Source of the DNA: Elusimicrobiota bacterium
GTDB lineage: Bacteria > CAYTYR01 > UBA6262
Assembly: GCA_003153935.1 (NCBI GenBank)
Contig: PMCA01000004.1
Location: 19,933 to 83,932, forward strand
Reading direction: 5' to 3'
Length of the DNA stretch: 64,000 nt
Below, one piece after another: positions 1 to 8,421 of the stretch. The translations under genes and the position numbers were made by a program. Under the pieces are notes generated by a model. That model was not told where the DNA came from. It saw only the letters and a program-made list of their open reading frames with translations, and did not search any database. Each line of letters begins with the position of its first letter. The first letter of the stretch is position 1.

Positions 1-349
1 CCGCGCCTTTGACCGATTCATTGACCAAGGCGGAAATGCTGGAGTCGGTTTCCATCGCCTGCGAAACCTTCACGCCGCCCTCGATCTGTAAGCCCTTGAT
101 GATGCCGACCATCTCGTATTGCGCCATAACTATGGCGGCGTTACGGCTGGTGGCCATCCGCTGGGTCTTATTATCCATCTTCTTGTCAGCTGCGCCGATA
201 CCTACGGTCTGGATATAGTCGTTGGCCTGGGTTTCCCCGTCCAGTGTTTTCTTCAGTTCCCCGCCCTTAGTATGGGATTGCGTCCCGGCGCAGGCGGTTA
301 GCCCGGCGATCAGGCCTAAACTTAGCAGCATTACCAATAATTTCTTCAT
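1..349 (-). CDS. Lipoprotein, LPP20-like (5' part only; runs off the left edge)
   Basis: Not in the ORF track. Manual translation from ATG 349: MKKLLVMLLSLGLIAGLTACAGTQ... (lipobox LTAC), then YIQTVGIGAA...RMATSRNAAIVMAQYEMVGIIKGLQIEGG. AGGGGG SD upstream. Confidence 0.7.
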   Translation of the reverse strand, partial: MKKLLVMLLSLGLIAGLTACAGTQSHTKGGELKKTLDGETQANDYIQTVGIGAADKKMDNKTQRMATSRNAAIVMAQYEMVGIIKGLQIEGGVKVSQAMETDSSISALVNESVKGA

Positions 350-389
350 TGGTGCCCCCTCATTAGAGATTTAGACTGTACAATTATGC

Positions 390-418
390 AGTTTACTGCA
401 AAAAAAGCCCTTTGTCAA
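390..418 (-). promoter_or_regulatory. Sigma70-type promoter for the lipoprotein gene
   Basis: Minus strand TTGACA-N17-TAAACT. Confidence 0.65.
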
Positions 419-1599
419 GGTGTTTTCAGAAGTGCCAGGCGCTCCAGTTTGACCTGCTCGAAAGCGCCGGCAGACGACTTGGGAATAGATGAGGCCTCAG
501 GCAGTTTTAAAGCGAGGAAATTGATGGGAGTGCCGTCTTTAATAATACGGAAGTCAAGATGGGGTCCGGTAGCCAGGCCGCTGGCGCCGCAATAACCGAT
601 CACCTGCCCGCGGTTAACTTTGGCGCCCACCCTGACGCCTTTGGCGTAGCCGCTGAGATGACCGTAGGTGGTGATGTACCCGTTAGGATGATGTATCTTT
701 ATGAATCGACCAAACCCACCTCCCCAACCGGCAAAAATTACGGTACCATCACCGATACTGGAGATAGGGGTTCCGCTGGGAGCCGCGTAATCTATGCCGA
801 GGTGCGGCCGGTAGATCTTCAAGATAGGGTGCCAGCGTTTCAATGTGAAATAAGAGCTGATGCGACGGTAGTTCAACGGTGACCGCAGGAAGGCTTTGCG
901 CAGGGACTTGCCATCCGGGGAATAATAATCCTTGTGCCCGGCCGGATCCTCAAAATACACGGCCTCATGCAGCTTGCCGCTATTATTATATGAAGCAGCC
1001 AGGATCTGGCCGTTCTTGACGAACTTATTATTGGTATAGTATTTCTCATAAACCACCGCGAAAGTATCATCCACCCGCGGATCGGTCAGGAAATCGATCT
1101 CGTAACCGAAAATATCAGCGAAGCTCATTACCAGCTCCGGCGATTCGCCCGAAGAAGTCATGGCTTCATATAAATTGGACTTGATGGCTCCTTTGAAGGT
1201 GGCCACTCTTTTTTCCAGGACAGCTTCGTTCTTTACCGCCAGGAAATTGTTCTGGGCGTCCGGGGCAACGGTATAAGTGACGACCGGGCCGGCGTTATAA
1301 ATGAATTTCAGCAGTGTCCCGTCTTTTTTCACGGTAATGATCTCGTAAGTGTCGCCGACGCGGCATTTGCGCAGGTCAAAAACCGCGGCCAGCGCCTTGA
1401 CGATAGCCCCGGCTTCTTTCTCGGTCAGGGAGGTATTACGCACGGAAGTGCTGAGTATATCGCCTTCGCCGATGGTATAGGTTTCGGTATGCAGTTCGGG
1501 ATGTTTGAGCCGGTAATCCAGCACTTTCCAGTAGGTGAACAGGCCCGCTAAGCCGAGCAGGGCCACGATCATAAGGAACAGCAGGATTTTCTTTAACAT
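415..1599 (-). CDS. M23 family peptidoglycan DD-metalloendopeptidase (MepM/Csd3-like)
   Basis: N-terminal TM anchor; Zn motifs HLGID (HxxxD), YGHL and TGPHL (second His of HxH is Asp: HLD). Confidence 0.9.
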   Translation of the reverse strand: MLKKILLFLMIVALLGLAGLFTYWKVLDYRLKHPELHTETYTIGEGDILSTSVRNTSLTEKEAGAIVKALAAVFDLRKCRVGDTYEIITVKKDGTLLKFIYNAGPVVTYTVAPDAQNNFLAVKNEAVLEKRVATFKGAIKSNLYEAMTSSGESPELVMSFADIFGYEIDFLTDPRVDDTFAVVYEKYYTNNKFVKNGQILAASYNNSGKLHEAVYFEDPAGHKDYYSPDGKSLRKAFLRSPLNYRRISSYFTLKRWHPILKIYRPHLGIDYAAPSGTPISSIGDGTVIFAGWGGGFGRFIKIHHPNGYITTYGHLSGYAKGVRVGAKVNRGQVIGYCGASGLATGPHLDFRIIKDGTPINFLALKLPEASSIPKSSAGAFEQVKLERLALLKTP

Positions 1600-1666
1600 G
1601 CCATATATCTATATCTTCCGCTGATTTTTGTCAAGGAACTTAGTATCCTGTGTCTAAAAAAATCTA

Positions 1667-1695
1667 TGGACAAATCAATTTAATGTTGATATAAT
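1667..1695 (+). promoter_or_regulatory. Sigma70-type promoter for the 1748-6342 operon
   Basis: TGGACA-N17-TATAAT with extended TG. Confidence 0.7.
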
Positions 1696-1747
1696 TTTAC
1701 CAGTAAAGCCGTAAAACAATATAATATAATTTAGCAGGGGGGATCCC

Positions 1748-2929
1748 GTGAGGAAAATTCTTTGTTCAGGTATGATGATTCTGATCATGTCGGCGGGTGT
1801 GGTACTGGCCGCGGATTGGCCGATGTTCCGGCAAAATCCCGCGCACACCGGCACTTATGCGCAACCGGCAGCCTTAGCGTGGAGCTTCCCGACCCTGAAA
1901 GAAATAGTTTCCAGCCCGACTGTAAATGAGGGGCTGGTTTTTTTTGGCGCTTACGATAAGCGCGTTTACGCTCTGGACGCCAAGACCGGAGAGAAAAAAT
2001 GGGAATTCGTAACCGGTGATAAGGTCAAGTCCTCCCCGGCGGTCAGCGGCGAGCTGGTATTCGTCGGCAGCCAGGATAAAAAATTATACGCGCTGAACGC
2101 CAAGACCGGGGAAAAGGTCTGGGATTTCGTCACCGGCAAGAAGATCGAGTCCAGCCCCATAGTGGGGGAGATAGAATTCGCGGCGGAGACCAAGAGCGCG
2201 GAAGCCGGCGGCGAGGCTAAACCGGCCGCAGAAAAAGTTAAGATCCCCGTCATTATTATTGGTTCCTGTGACGGTAAATTGTATTGTCTTAGGGCCGAGA
2301 CGGGCGAGAAGATATGGGAATTCAAAGCTAATGACGAGATCTATTCCACCCCGGCGCTCAGCGACGGGATTATCTACGTGGCCTCCAACGGCGGCCGTGT
2401 CTTCGCGTTGGAAGGAGCGACCGGCAAGGTTATTTGGGAGAACCGCAAGCTGAGCGGAAATTTCATGGAATCTTCCCCGGCGGTCACCAGCGGTATGCTG
2501 TTCATCGGCTCCACGGGTTCACGGTTGTACGCGCTGAATATCAAGACCGGCGACCAGATCTGGGAGTTCAAGACTGAAGGCGGTTATGTTTGTTCTTCCC
2601 CGGCGGTGGTCGAGGACCGGGTGTATTTCGGCGGCAGTGACAGCAAGATCTATTGTTTGTCCGCTTCCAGCGGCGAGAAGCTCTGGGAATATAAAGCAGG
2701 CGACATTATTTACAGCGCCTCCCCGGTGGTGCTCAACGGGGTGATGTACATCGGCTGTGCCGATAAACACTTATACGCCCTGGACGCGAAGACCGGACTT
2801 AAAATCTGGCAGTTCACCTGCGGCAAGGCGGTCAACGGCGCTCCGGCTATCCAGGACGACATCATCTATTTCGGCAGTGACGACGGTTCCTTTTACGCGG
2901 TCAATCTAAAGAACGGAATTAAATATTAA
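1748..2929 (+). CDS. Secreted PQQ-like beta-propeller repeat protein (BamB-like fold)
   Basis: Signal peptide, DWPMFR start, ~8 repeats of SSPAV...YALDAKTGEKxW. GTG start with GGGG SD. Confidence 0.88.
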   Translation: MRKILCSGMMILIMSAGVVLAADWPMFRQNPAHTGTYAQPAALAWSFPTLKEIVSSPTVNEGLVFFGAYDKRVYALDAKTGEKKWEFVTGDKVKSSPAVSGELVFVGSQDKKLYALNAKTGEKVWDFVTGKKIESSPIVGEIEFAAETKSAEAGGEAKPAAEKVKIPVIIIGSCDGKLYCLRAETGEKIWEFKANDEIYSTPALSDGIIYVASNGGRVFALEGATGKVIWENRKLSGNFMESSPAVTSGMLFIGSTGSRLYALNIKTGDQIWEFKTEGGYVCSSPAVVEDRVYFGGSDSKIYCLSASSGEKLWEYKAGDIIYSASPVVLNGVMYIGCADKHLYALDAKTGLKIWQFTCGKAVNGAPAIQDDIIYFGSDDGSFYAVNLKNGIKY

Positions 2930-2942
2930 GTAAGAAAAGAGT

Positions 2943-4703
2943 TTGACCTTGAAAGTAACAGCCATAAAAGCCATACTAAATTATCTGGAACAGGAAAAGG
3001 TCAAGTATATTTTCGGCATTCCTGGGGGGCCTTTAATGCCCCTTTATGACGCTCTTTACGATACCCCTAATATGGTACCCATCCTGGCCAAGCATGAAGA
3101 AGGGGCCGCTTTTATGGCCAATGGCTATGCCCGGGTCAGCGGCGAACTTGGCGTCTGCTGCGCGACTACCGGGCCGGGAACGACCAATCTCTTCACAGGT
3201 GCGGCAGTAGCTTATACTGATTCCGTGCCTGTTCTGTTTATAACGGCCCAGGTGGCAACCGCCGCTTTCGGCAAAGGCGCGTTCCAGGAAACGACCGGGC
3301 ATACCATAAACGTAGTGGAAATGATGCGCCATCTTACCAAATTCAGCGTCATGCCTCCGACCGAGTATAAGATACCGGAAATGATGCAAAGCGCCATCCG
3401 CTCCGCCACGTCCGGCAACTGCGGCCCGGTACACCTGAACATCCCCACTGATTTCATGACCAAAGAGATCGATTGCGTCATACCGCCGTCTGAATCATAT
3501 CACGTCCGTAACCAGAGTTTCGACCGCATCGGCATTAAAGAAGCAGCCCGCTACCTACTGCAGGCCCAGCGGCCGGCGATGCTGATCGGCAACGGCGTCA
3601 ATACGGCACGGGCCAATCAGGAAGTGCGGGACCTGGCGGAAAAGCTGATCATCCCAGTGGCGACCACGCCCAAGGGCAAGAGCGCTTTCCCGGAAAATCA
3701 TTTATTATCGCTGGGCGTTTTCGGTTTTGCCGGCACGCCCCTGGCCGATAAATACCTGTTGAGCGAGGACGTCGACGTCCTATTATGCGTCGGCACCAGC
3801 CTGAGCGAGGTTTCCACCCATGCCTGGGACCAGCGCCTTAATCCGCGTTTGGCCATGATTCATATAGATATCGATCCGGAGCAGATCGGTCGTAACTACC
3901 CGGTAACGATAGGCCTGGCGGGGGACGCCAAGGCCAGCCTGACCGAGATCCTGTACCAGATAAACCGCGACCTGAAATGGCTCACCTATACCCCGCGCCT
4001 GAACGCCAAGGATATATATTTCTTCAAAAAGCAGTACCAGACTTTTATTAATGAAGAGAAAATGTACGCGGAGGATATTCCGCTGAAGCCGCAGAGATTG
4101 ATCAAAGACCTGCGCGACAGCCTGCCGATCGACGCTATCGTCTTCTGCGATATCGGCAACCACCTGGCCTGGGCGCTCCATTATTTTCAGACCTACCTAC
4201 CGCAGACATTTTTCCATAATTTTGATTTCGGCGCCATGGGTTACGCCACCGCCGGGGCCATCGGTGGCAAGCTGGCGGCGCCTACCCGGCCGGTTATTTC
4301 CATAGTCGGCGACGGCTGTTTCACCATGAACGGGATGGAAGTGGCCACTGCCGTTAACTATAATATCCCGGTGATCTGGGTGATATTCAATGACGCCCGT
4401 TTAGGTATGGTCTATCACGGCCAGCAGCTGCAATTCAAGGAAAGATACGTGGCTTCCTCGTTCCAGCGGGTGGACTTCGTTAAAGTGGCGGAAGGTCTGG
4501 GGGCGCAGGGAGTACGGGTGGAAAGGCCGGGAGAACTGAAACAGATCATGCCCCAGATAATCGCCAGTAAGAAACCGACCGTCATTGATTGCCTGATAGA
4601 CGCTGAGGAAATACCGCCGATCCAGTCCAGAATACACGCGCTGAACCGTTTTTTCGGGCGCAACTCTTTAGGAGAGAAGCTAAATGCCAAAAAGGATATT
4701 TAA
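2943..4703 (+). CDS. ThDP-binding enzyme, acetolactate synthase large-subunit superfamily
   Basis: FGIPGG, HEEGAAFMA (catalytic Glu), TTGPG.TN, and the ThDP motif GDGCF...FND. TTG start. Confidence 0.9.
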   Translation: MTLKVTAIKAILNYLEQEKVKYIFGIPGGPLMPLYDALYDTPNMVPILAKHEEGAAFMANGYARVSGELGVCCATTGPGTTNLFTGAAVAYTDSVPVLFITAQVATAAFGKGAFQETTGHTINVVEMMRHLTKFSVMPPTEYKIPEMMQSAIRSATSGNCGPVHLNIPTDFMTKEIDCVIPPSESYHVRNQSFDRIGIKEAARYLLQAQRPAMLIGNGVNTARANQEVRDLAEKLIIPVATTPKGKSAFPENHLLSLGVFGFAGTPLADKYLLSEDVDVLLCVGTSLSEVSTHAWDQRLNPRLAMIHIDIDPEQIGRNYPVTIGLAGDAKASLTEILYQINRDLKWLTYTPRLNAKDIYFFKKQYQTFINEEKMYAEDIPLKPQRLIKDLRDSLPIDAIVFCDIGNHLAWALHYFQTYLPQTFFHNFDFGAMGYATAGAIGGKLAAPTRPVISIVGDGCFTMNGMEVATAVNYNIPVIWVIFNDARLGMVYHGQQLQFKERYVASSFQRVDFVKVAEGLGAQGVRVERPGELKQIMPQIIASKKPTVIDCLIDAEEIPPIQSRIHALNRFFGRNSLGEKLNAKKDI

Positions 4704-6342
4704 CGGCAAATCGTTACTGGAGAAAATCGTACTGGCGCTGAGCCCGGTCATGATCGCAGGCCTGGTGGTTCTGGGGTTGCTGACTTACGAGGTGGCCAAA
4801 AAGATATTGCTGCTGGCCTCCGGCAGCCTGTACCCGGCCGTGCCGCTTAAATTGCTGATAACCGCCCTGGTACTGGCGGGCTCGGGCGTGAGCATACTGG
4901 CCATATTCGCGGTAACCAACTTGCTGTTGAAACCGATCAAAGACCTGGTGCATAACCTGCAATTAATGCGGCAGGGGGAGTGGGAGCGCCGGCTGGAGAT
5001 AACTTCACAGGACGAGATAGGTAAAGTAGCCGGCGTGCTTAATGAAATGTCGGCGGACCTTAAACGCTACCTGGAGGGCCTGAAGCAGAAAATAGACCAT
5101 ATTGCGGCCCTGCATGAACTGAGCGAGGCCAGCTCGAAACGACTGGATGAAGAGAAAATATTGCGCATCGCCTTATCGGCGGGGATCAAGGGGTTGGGCT
5201 TTGAACGGGGCGTGCTGTACCTGATCAATGAAGAAGAGAAAATAATCGAGGGAAAATTCAGCGTCGGCATGACCGATTTCGTGAGTGAACGGGAGATTCA
5301 AAAACGCCTGGTGCCCCTGAACGGCGACGATATCCTGAACGCGGTGATCAGGAATAACCAATCCTACAATATTACCGATCCCGAGCATGACCGGCGCTGT
5401 AACCGGCAATTCATGTCCGAGACCAAGACCAAGGCTTTCTGCGTGGTGCCGATCCGCACCAGTGAAAAGGTCATCGGCGTTTTCTCAGTGGACAATTATT
5501 TCAGCCAGAAGTTGATCACCTATGAGCAGGTCGCTAACCTGGCTACTTTCGCCAATACGGCCGGCCTGGCCGTGGAAAACGTGCGGTTGTACAATGAACT
5601 GCAGGCCCGCTACGAAGAACTCACGATCCTGGATAAATTAAAAGCTAATTTCATCGCTAATATCACCCATGAATTACGCACGCCGCTGACCCCGGTCAAG
5701 GGATATGTGGACGCTCTGGCGGAAAATACCATGGGACCTATGAGCGAGGATCAGCACAAAGCGTTGATAGTAGTGCAAAATAATGTGAACAAGATCATCA
5801 GCCGGGTCAACGCGCTGGTGGATTTCGCGCAACTGGAGCAAAGGGAGCTGAAAAGCGAGCTGCAGCCTTTTGACCTGGTGAGCATATTAAAAGGATGCGC
5901 CGATAAAGTTGAGGCCCAGGCCCGGGAAAAAGGATTGAAATTCTACCGCTTCCTGCCGGAAAACCTGGCGCCGGTAAACGGCGATCCGGAACAGATCGCC
6001 AAGGTGGTGGACAGCCTGCTGCATAACGCGGTGAAATTCACTTTGGAGGGCTATATCGCTCTGAAAATAAACCAGAAAGAAGACAAGGCTTTGATCGAAA
6101 TAACCGATACCGGCATCGGCATAGCGGGCGAGGAGATCGATAAGATATTCGAGAAGTTCTACCAGGTGGACGGGAGTACGGCACGCAAGCACGGCGGTAT
6201 CGGGATCGGGCTGTCGCTGGTCAAGGGCATACTGGACGAGCACCGCGCCAATGTCGAGGTGCGTTCCAAGGTAGGAGAGGGCTCCACTTTTTCCTTCACT
6301 TTGCCACTGGCTCTGCCGCCCCGGGAAGAATCTGTGCAATAG
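4684..6342 (+). CDS. Sensor histidine kinase (2 TM-HAMP-GAF-HisKA-HATPase)
   Basis: HAMP (DEIGKVA..LNEM), GAF (CVVPI...IGVFSVDN), H-box ITHELRTPL, NAVKFT, DTGIGI, GIGIGLS. Confidence 0.92.
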   Translation: MPKRIFNGKSLLEKIVLALSPVMIAGLVVLGLLTYEVAKKILLLASGSLYPAVPLKLLITALVLAGSGVSILAIFAVTNLLLKPIKDLVHNLQLMRQGEWERRLEITSQDEIGKVAGVLNEMSADLKRYLEGLKQKIDHIAALHELSEASSKRLDEEKILRIALSAGIKGLGFERGVLYLINEEEKIIEGKFSVGMTDFVSEREIQKRLVPLNGDDILNAVIRNNQSYNITDPEHDRRCNRQFMSETKTKAFCVVPIRTSEKVIGVFSVDNYFSQKLITYEQVANLATFANTAGLAVENVRLYNELQARYEELTILDKLKANFIANITHELRTPLTPVKGYVDALAENTMGPMSEDQHKALIVVQNNVNKIISRVNALVDFAQLEQRELKSELQPFDLVSILKGCADKVEAQAREKGLKFYRFLPENLAPVNGDPEQIAKVVDSLLHNAVKFTLEGYIALKINQKEDKALIEITDTGIGIAGEEIDKIFEKFYQVDGSTARKHGGIGIGLSLVKGILDEHRANVEVRSKVGEGSTFSFTLPLALPPREESVQ

Positions 6343-6385
6343 ATCACGAGTGTCTCGGATTGATTTCTTGGACTTAAAAAATCGC

Positions 6386-6414
6386 TTGACAAAACACGGG
6401 TTTAATGTTATTCT
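6386..6414 (+). promoter_or_regulatory. Sigma70 promoter upstream of the candidate sRNA
   Basis: TTGACA-N17-TATTCT with extended TG. Confidence 0.65.
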
Positions 6415-6420
6415 TTGTTT

Positions 6421-6500
6421 GTGAAAATTTAATACGACATTTTATCTGCTCCCGGGAGGTCTCTCCGTGGCTTTCCTCCCAAAGGGAGCAGATTTTTTTT
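6421..6500 (+). ncRNA. Candidate ~80-nt small RNA ending in a long terminator-like hairpin
   Basis: Own promoter; ATCTGCTCCC (6444-6453) pairs with GGGAGCAGAT (6484-6493); inner GGGAGG/CCTCCC pair; T-run follows; the next gene has a separate promoter. Confidence 0.45.
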
Positions 6501-6523
6501 GTCCTGAAAAGAACGTAAAAACC

Positions 6524-6552
6524 TTGCAAAATTTTAGCTAACGATGTAAAAT
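6524..6552 (+). promoter_or_regulatory. Sigma70 promoter for the GH57-like gene
   Basis: TTGCAA-N17-TAAAAT. Confidence 0.6.
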
Positions 6553-6579
6553 AGATAGACTAAAATCTGGTGAGGTAAA

Positions 6580-8397
6580 ATGAAGACTGTTAACGTCATC
6601 CTGGGCTTTCATGCCCATGAGCCCAACCGGGAACTGGGTAACCAGATCCTGCAGGAAGCCAGCGACCCGGATATTAAAAGAGGCTTGCCTTTCGATAATC
6701 CCCTGGCCAAGAACGCGCCTTCAGTCCGGGATACGTTCCTGGCTCTGATCCAGTTGGCCAAGAATTTTAACGTGCCCATCTGCCTGGCCGCTTCCAATGA
6801 GATCCTCCTGCAATTGCGTAATATCGCGCCGGAAACTTTTACCAAATTGCGCGAAGCCTACCAGGAACGTTCACTTTACCCCATCTTAAACTTTGCTTAC
6901 GAAGCTCATGTGCTTTTCACCAGCCCGGAAGAAGTGCAGGATGAACTGCGGCTGAACACTGAGTTTCTGGAGGACGTGTGCGAGGTTTCCCTGGCCAAGT
7001 ACGTCAAGCATAAAGGTGCTTTCCCGCCGGAGTGCTCCATAGATGGCAAGAAGATCAACTCCTTTACCCAGGCCGGGATCGAATTCATCATCGCGCCCCA
7101 CCTGAAAGACCAATTCATCAATTACACCTTAACGCCTCCTGTAGATGTGGACTTTTCCCCGTTGCAACTGGAAAACGGGGTGGTCGTATTCCCGCGCCAC
7201 CATACTGTCTCGGAAGGTTTATGGCAGGTCCTGACCCGGCTTAAGCCCAAATGGGCGATGCAGCAGGGCTACCTGCTCGGGGAGTATCCGGTATTTTCCC
7301 AGGAATACAGTAGCGGGCAATATCTTAAATTTCCCATAAGCCTGCAGGAAGCCATAGACGAGTACACCGCTATCCTGAAACAAGTGGTGACGGATGCCCC
7401 GGACAACGGGGTGATACTGTCCATGCAAAAACTGGATATGATGGATTTCGGGGAATGGGCGCTGGGTATTATCGGCGCCGCCTGGCAGAATATCATCGCG
7501 GAGAATATCGCCCAGGTGCGGTTCGTGACTCCGGATACCATAATCGACGAACGGAGCAAAGCCAGTTTCTCCCGGTTGAAATTTGATGAGGTCTGCTGGT
7601 ACCCTGAGAACCGAGTGATCATTAATATCGACGGGCAGTACCCGCCCCTGGGGGTGGCTGAGTATAACGGTTACAAAGTGGGCGATAAGCTGTGGAAAAA
7701 ATGGCCGTTCATTTTTTGGGAGCCGGGCCGGCAGCTGACCACCATTTTACAGTCGCTGCTAAACTCTTTTGGTCACCGGACCACTTTGCGGATCAAGGTC
7801 CGGGAAATGATGCAGCAAAACCTGATGAACATCGATGTCGGCGAGCAGTGCGCCCTGAACCTGCGCCAGATCAAGCGGGCCAGCAATTGGGTGGCTAATA
7901 TCGATGAGGAACCGTTGCGAGAGACTTTTCTGCATGCTTATTTTATAGTCAAGAGATTATCCCAGTTCAATCTACTGCCCGAGCGTTTCCAGAAGATATC
8001 CGAAGAAACCCTGGTCAGCATGGACAGCACCCTGGAGATCATCCTGGGCCAGCGCATTAATGTTCTGCTTACTAATATTAAGAAGATGGAACAAGCCAAA
8101 ATGGTCGGCTATCCGTTGGCTTATACCTACCTCAATGGCGCCAACGTCTGGAAAGATAAAGCTTCCTTCTCTTTGCGCAGCGTCCAGAACCTGAATCGGG
8201 CGGGAAAGAATACCAAGGACCTTTTAATCGCCTTAGCCGAATGCCTGAAGTTCATTTTCCTCAGTCTGGACGGTATCCGGCACGCCACCAAGGACCTGCC
8301 GGAAAAAGAGTATGTCTACGCGGAAATATATAAGCAGCTGTATAAAACCTTTCCTCCCAAGATGCTGACATCGCTGGAGATGATGTTGTTCAAGTAG
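6580..8397 (+). CDS. Glycoside hydrolase family 57-like protein
   Basis: FHAHEP (GH57 HxHQP-like), AFPPEC (nucleophile WxPE-like), FPRHH.VS, FVTP. GAGGT SD. Confidence 0.65.
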   Translation: MKTVNVILGFHAHEPNRELGNQILQEASDPDIKRGLPFDNPLAKNAPSVRDTFLALIQLAKNFNVPICLAASNEILLQLRNIAPETFTKLREAYQERSLYPILNFAYEAHVLFTSPEEVQDELRLNTEFLEDVCEVSLAKYVKHKGAFPPECSIDGKKINSFTQAGIEFIIAPHLKDQFINYTLTPPVDVDFSPLQLENGVVVFPRHHTVSEGLWQVLTRLKPKWAMQQGYLLGEYPVFSQEYSSGQYLKFPISLQEAIDEYTAILKQVVTDAPDNGVILSMQKLDMMDFGEWALGIIGAAWQNIIAENIAQVRFVTPDTIIDERSKASFSRLKFDEVCWYPENRVIINIDGQYPPLGVAEYNGYKVGDKLWKKWPFIFWEPGRQLTTILQSLLNSFGHRTTLRIKVREMMQQNLMNIDVGEQCALNLRQIKRASNWVANIDEEPLRETFLHAYFIVKRLSQFNLLPERFQKISEETLVSMDSTLEIILGQRINVLLTNIKKMEQAKMVGYPLAYTYLNGANVWKDKASFSLRSVQNLNRAGKNTKDLLIALAECLKFIFLSLDGIRHATKDLPEKEYVYAEIYKQLYKTFPPKMLTSLEMMLFK

Positions 8398-8421
8398 TTA
8401 CATCTGACAGCTTGATTTTAG

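Noticed and set aside
1748-2929. Recurrent CAAGACCGG at ~120-nt spacing, superficially array-like
   Set aside because: These are coding repeats of beta-propeller blades (KTG), not a CRISPR array.
6540-6562. ATAGAC resembling the Rrf2 sulfur box
   Set aside because: Only one half-site is present.
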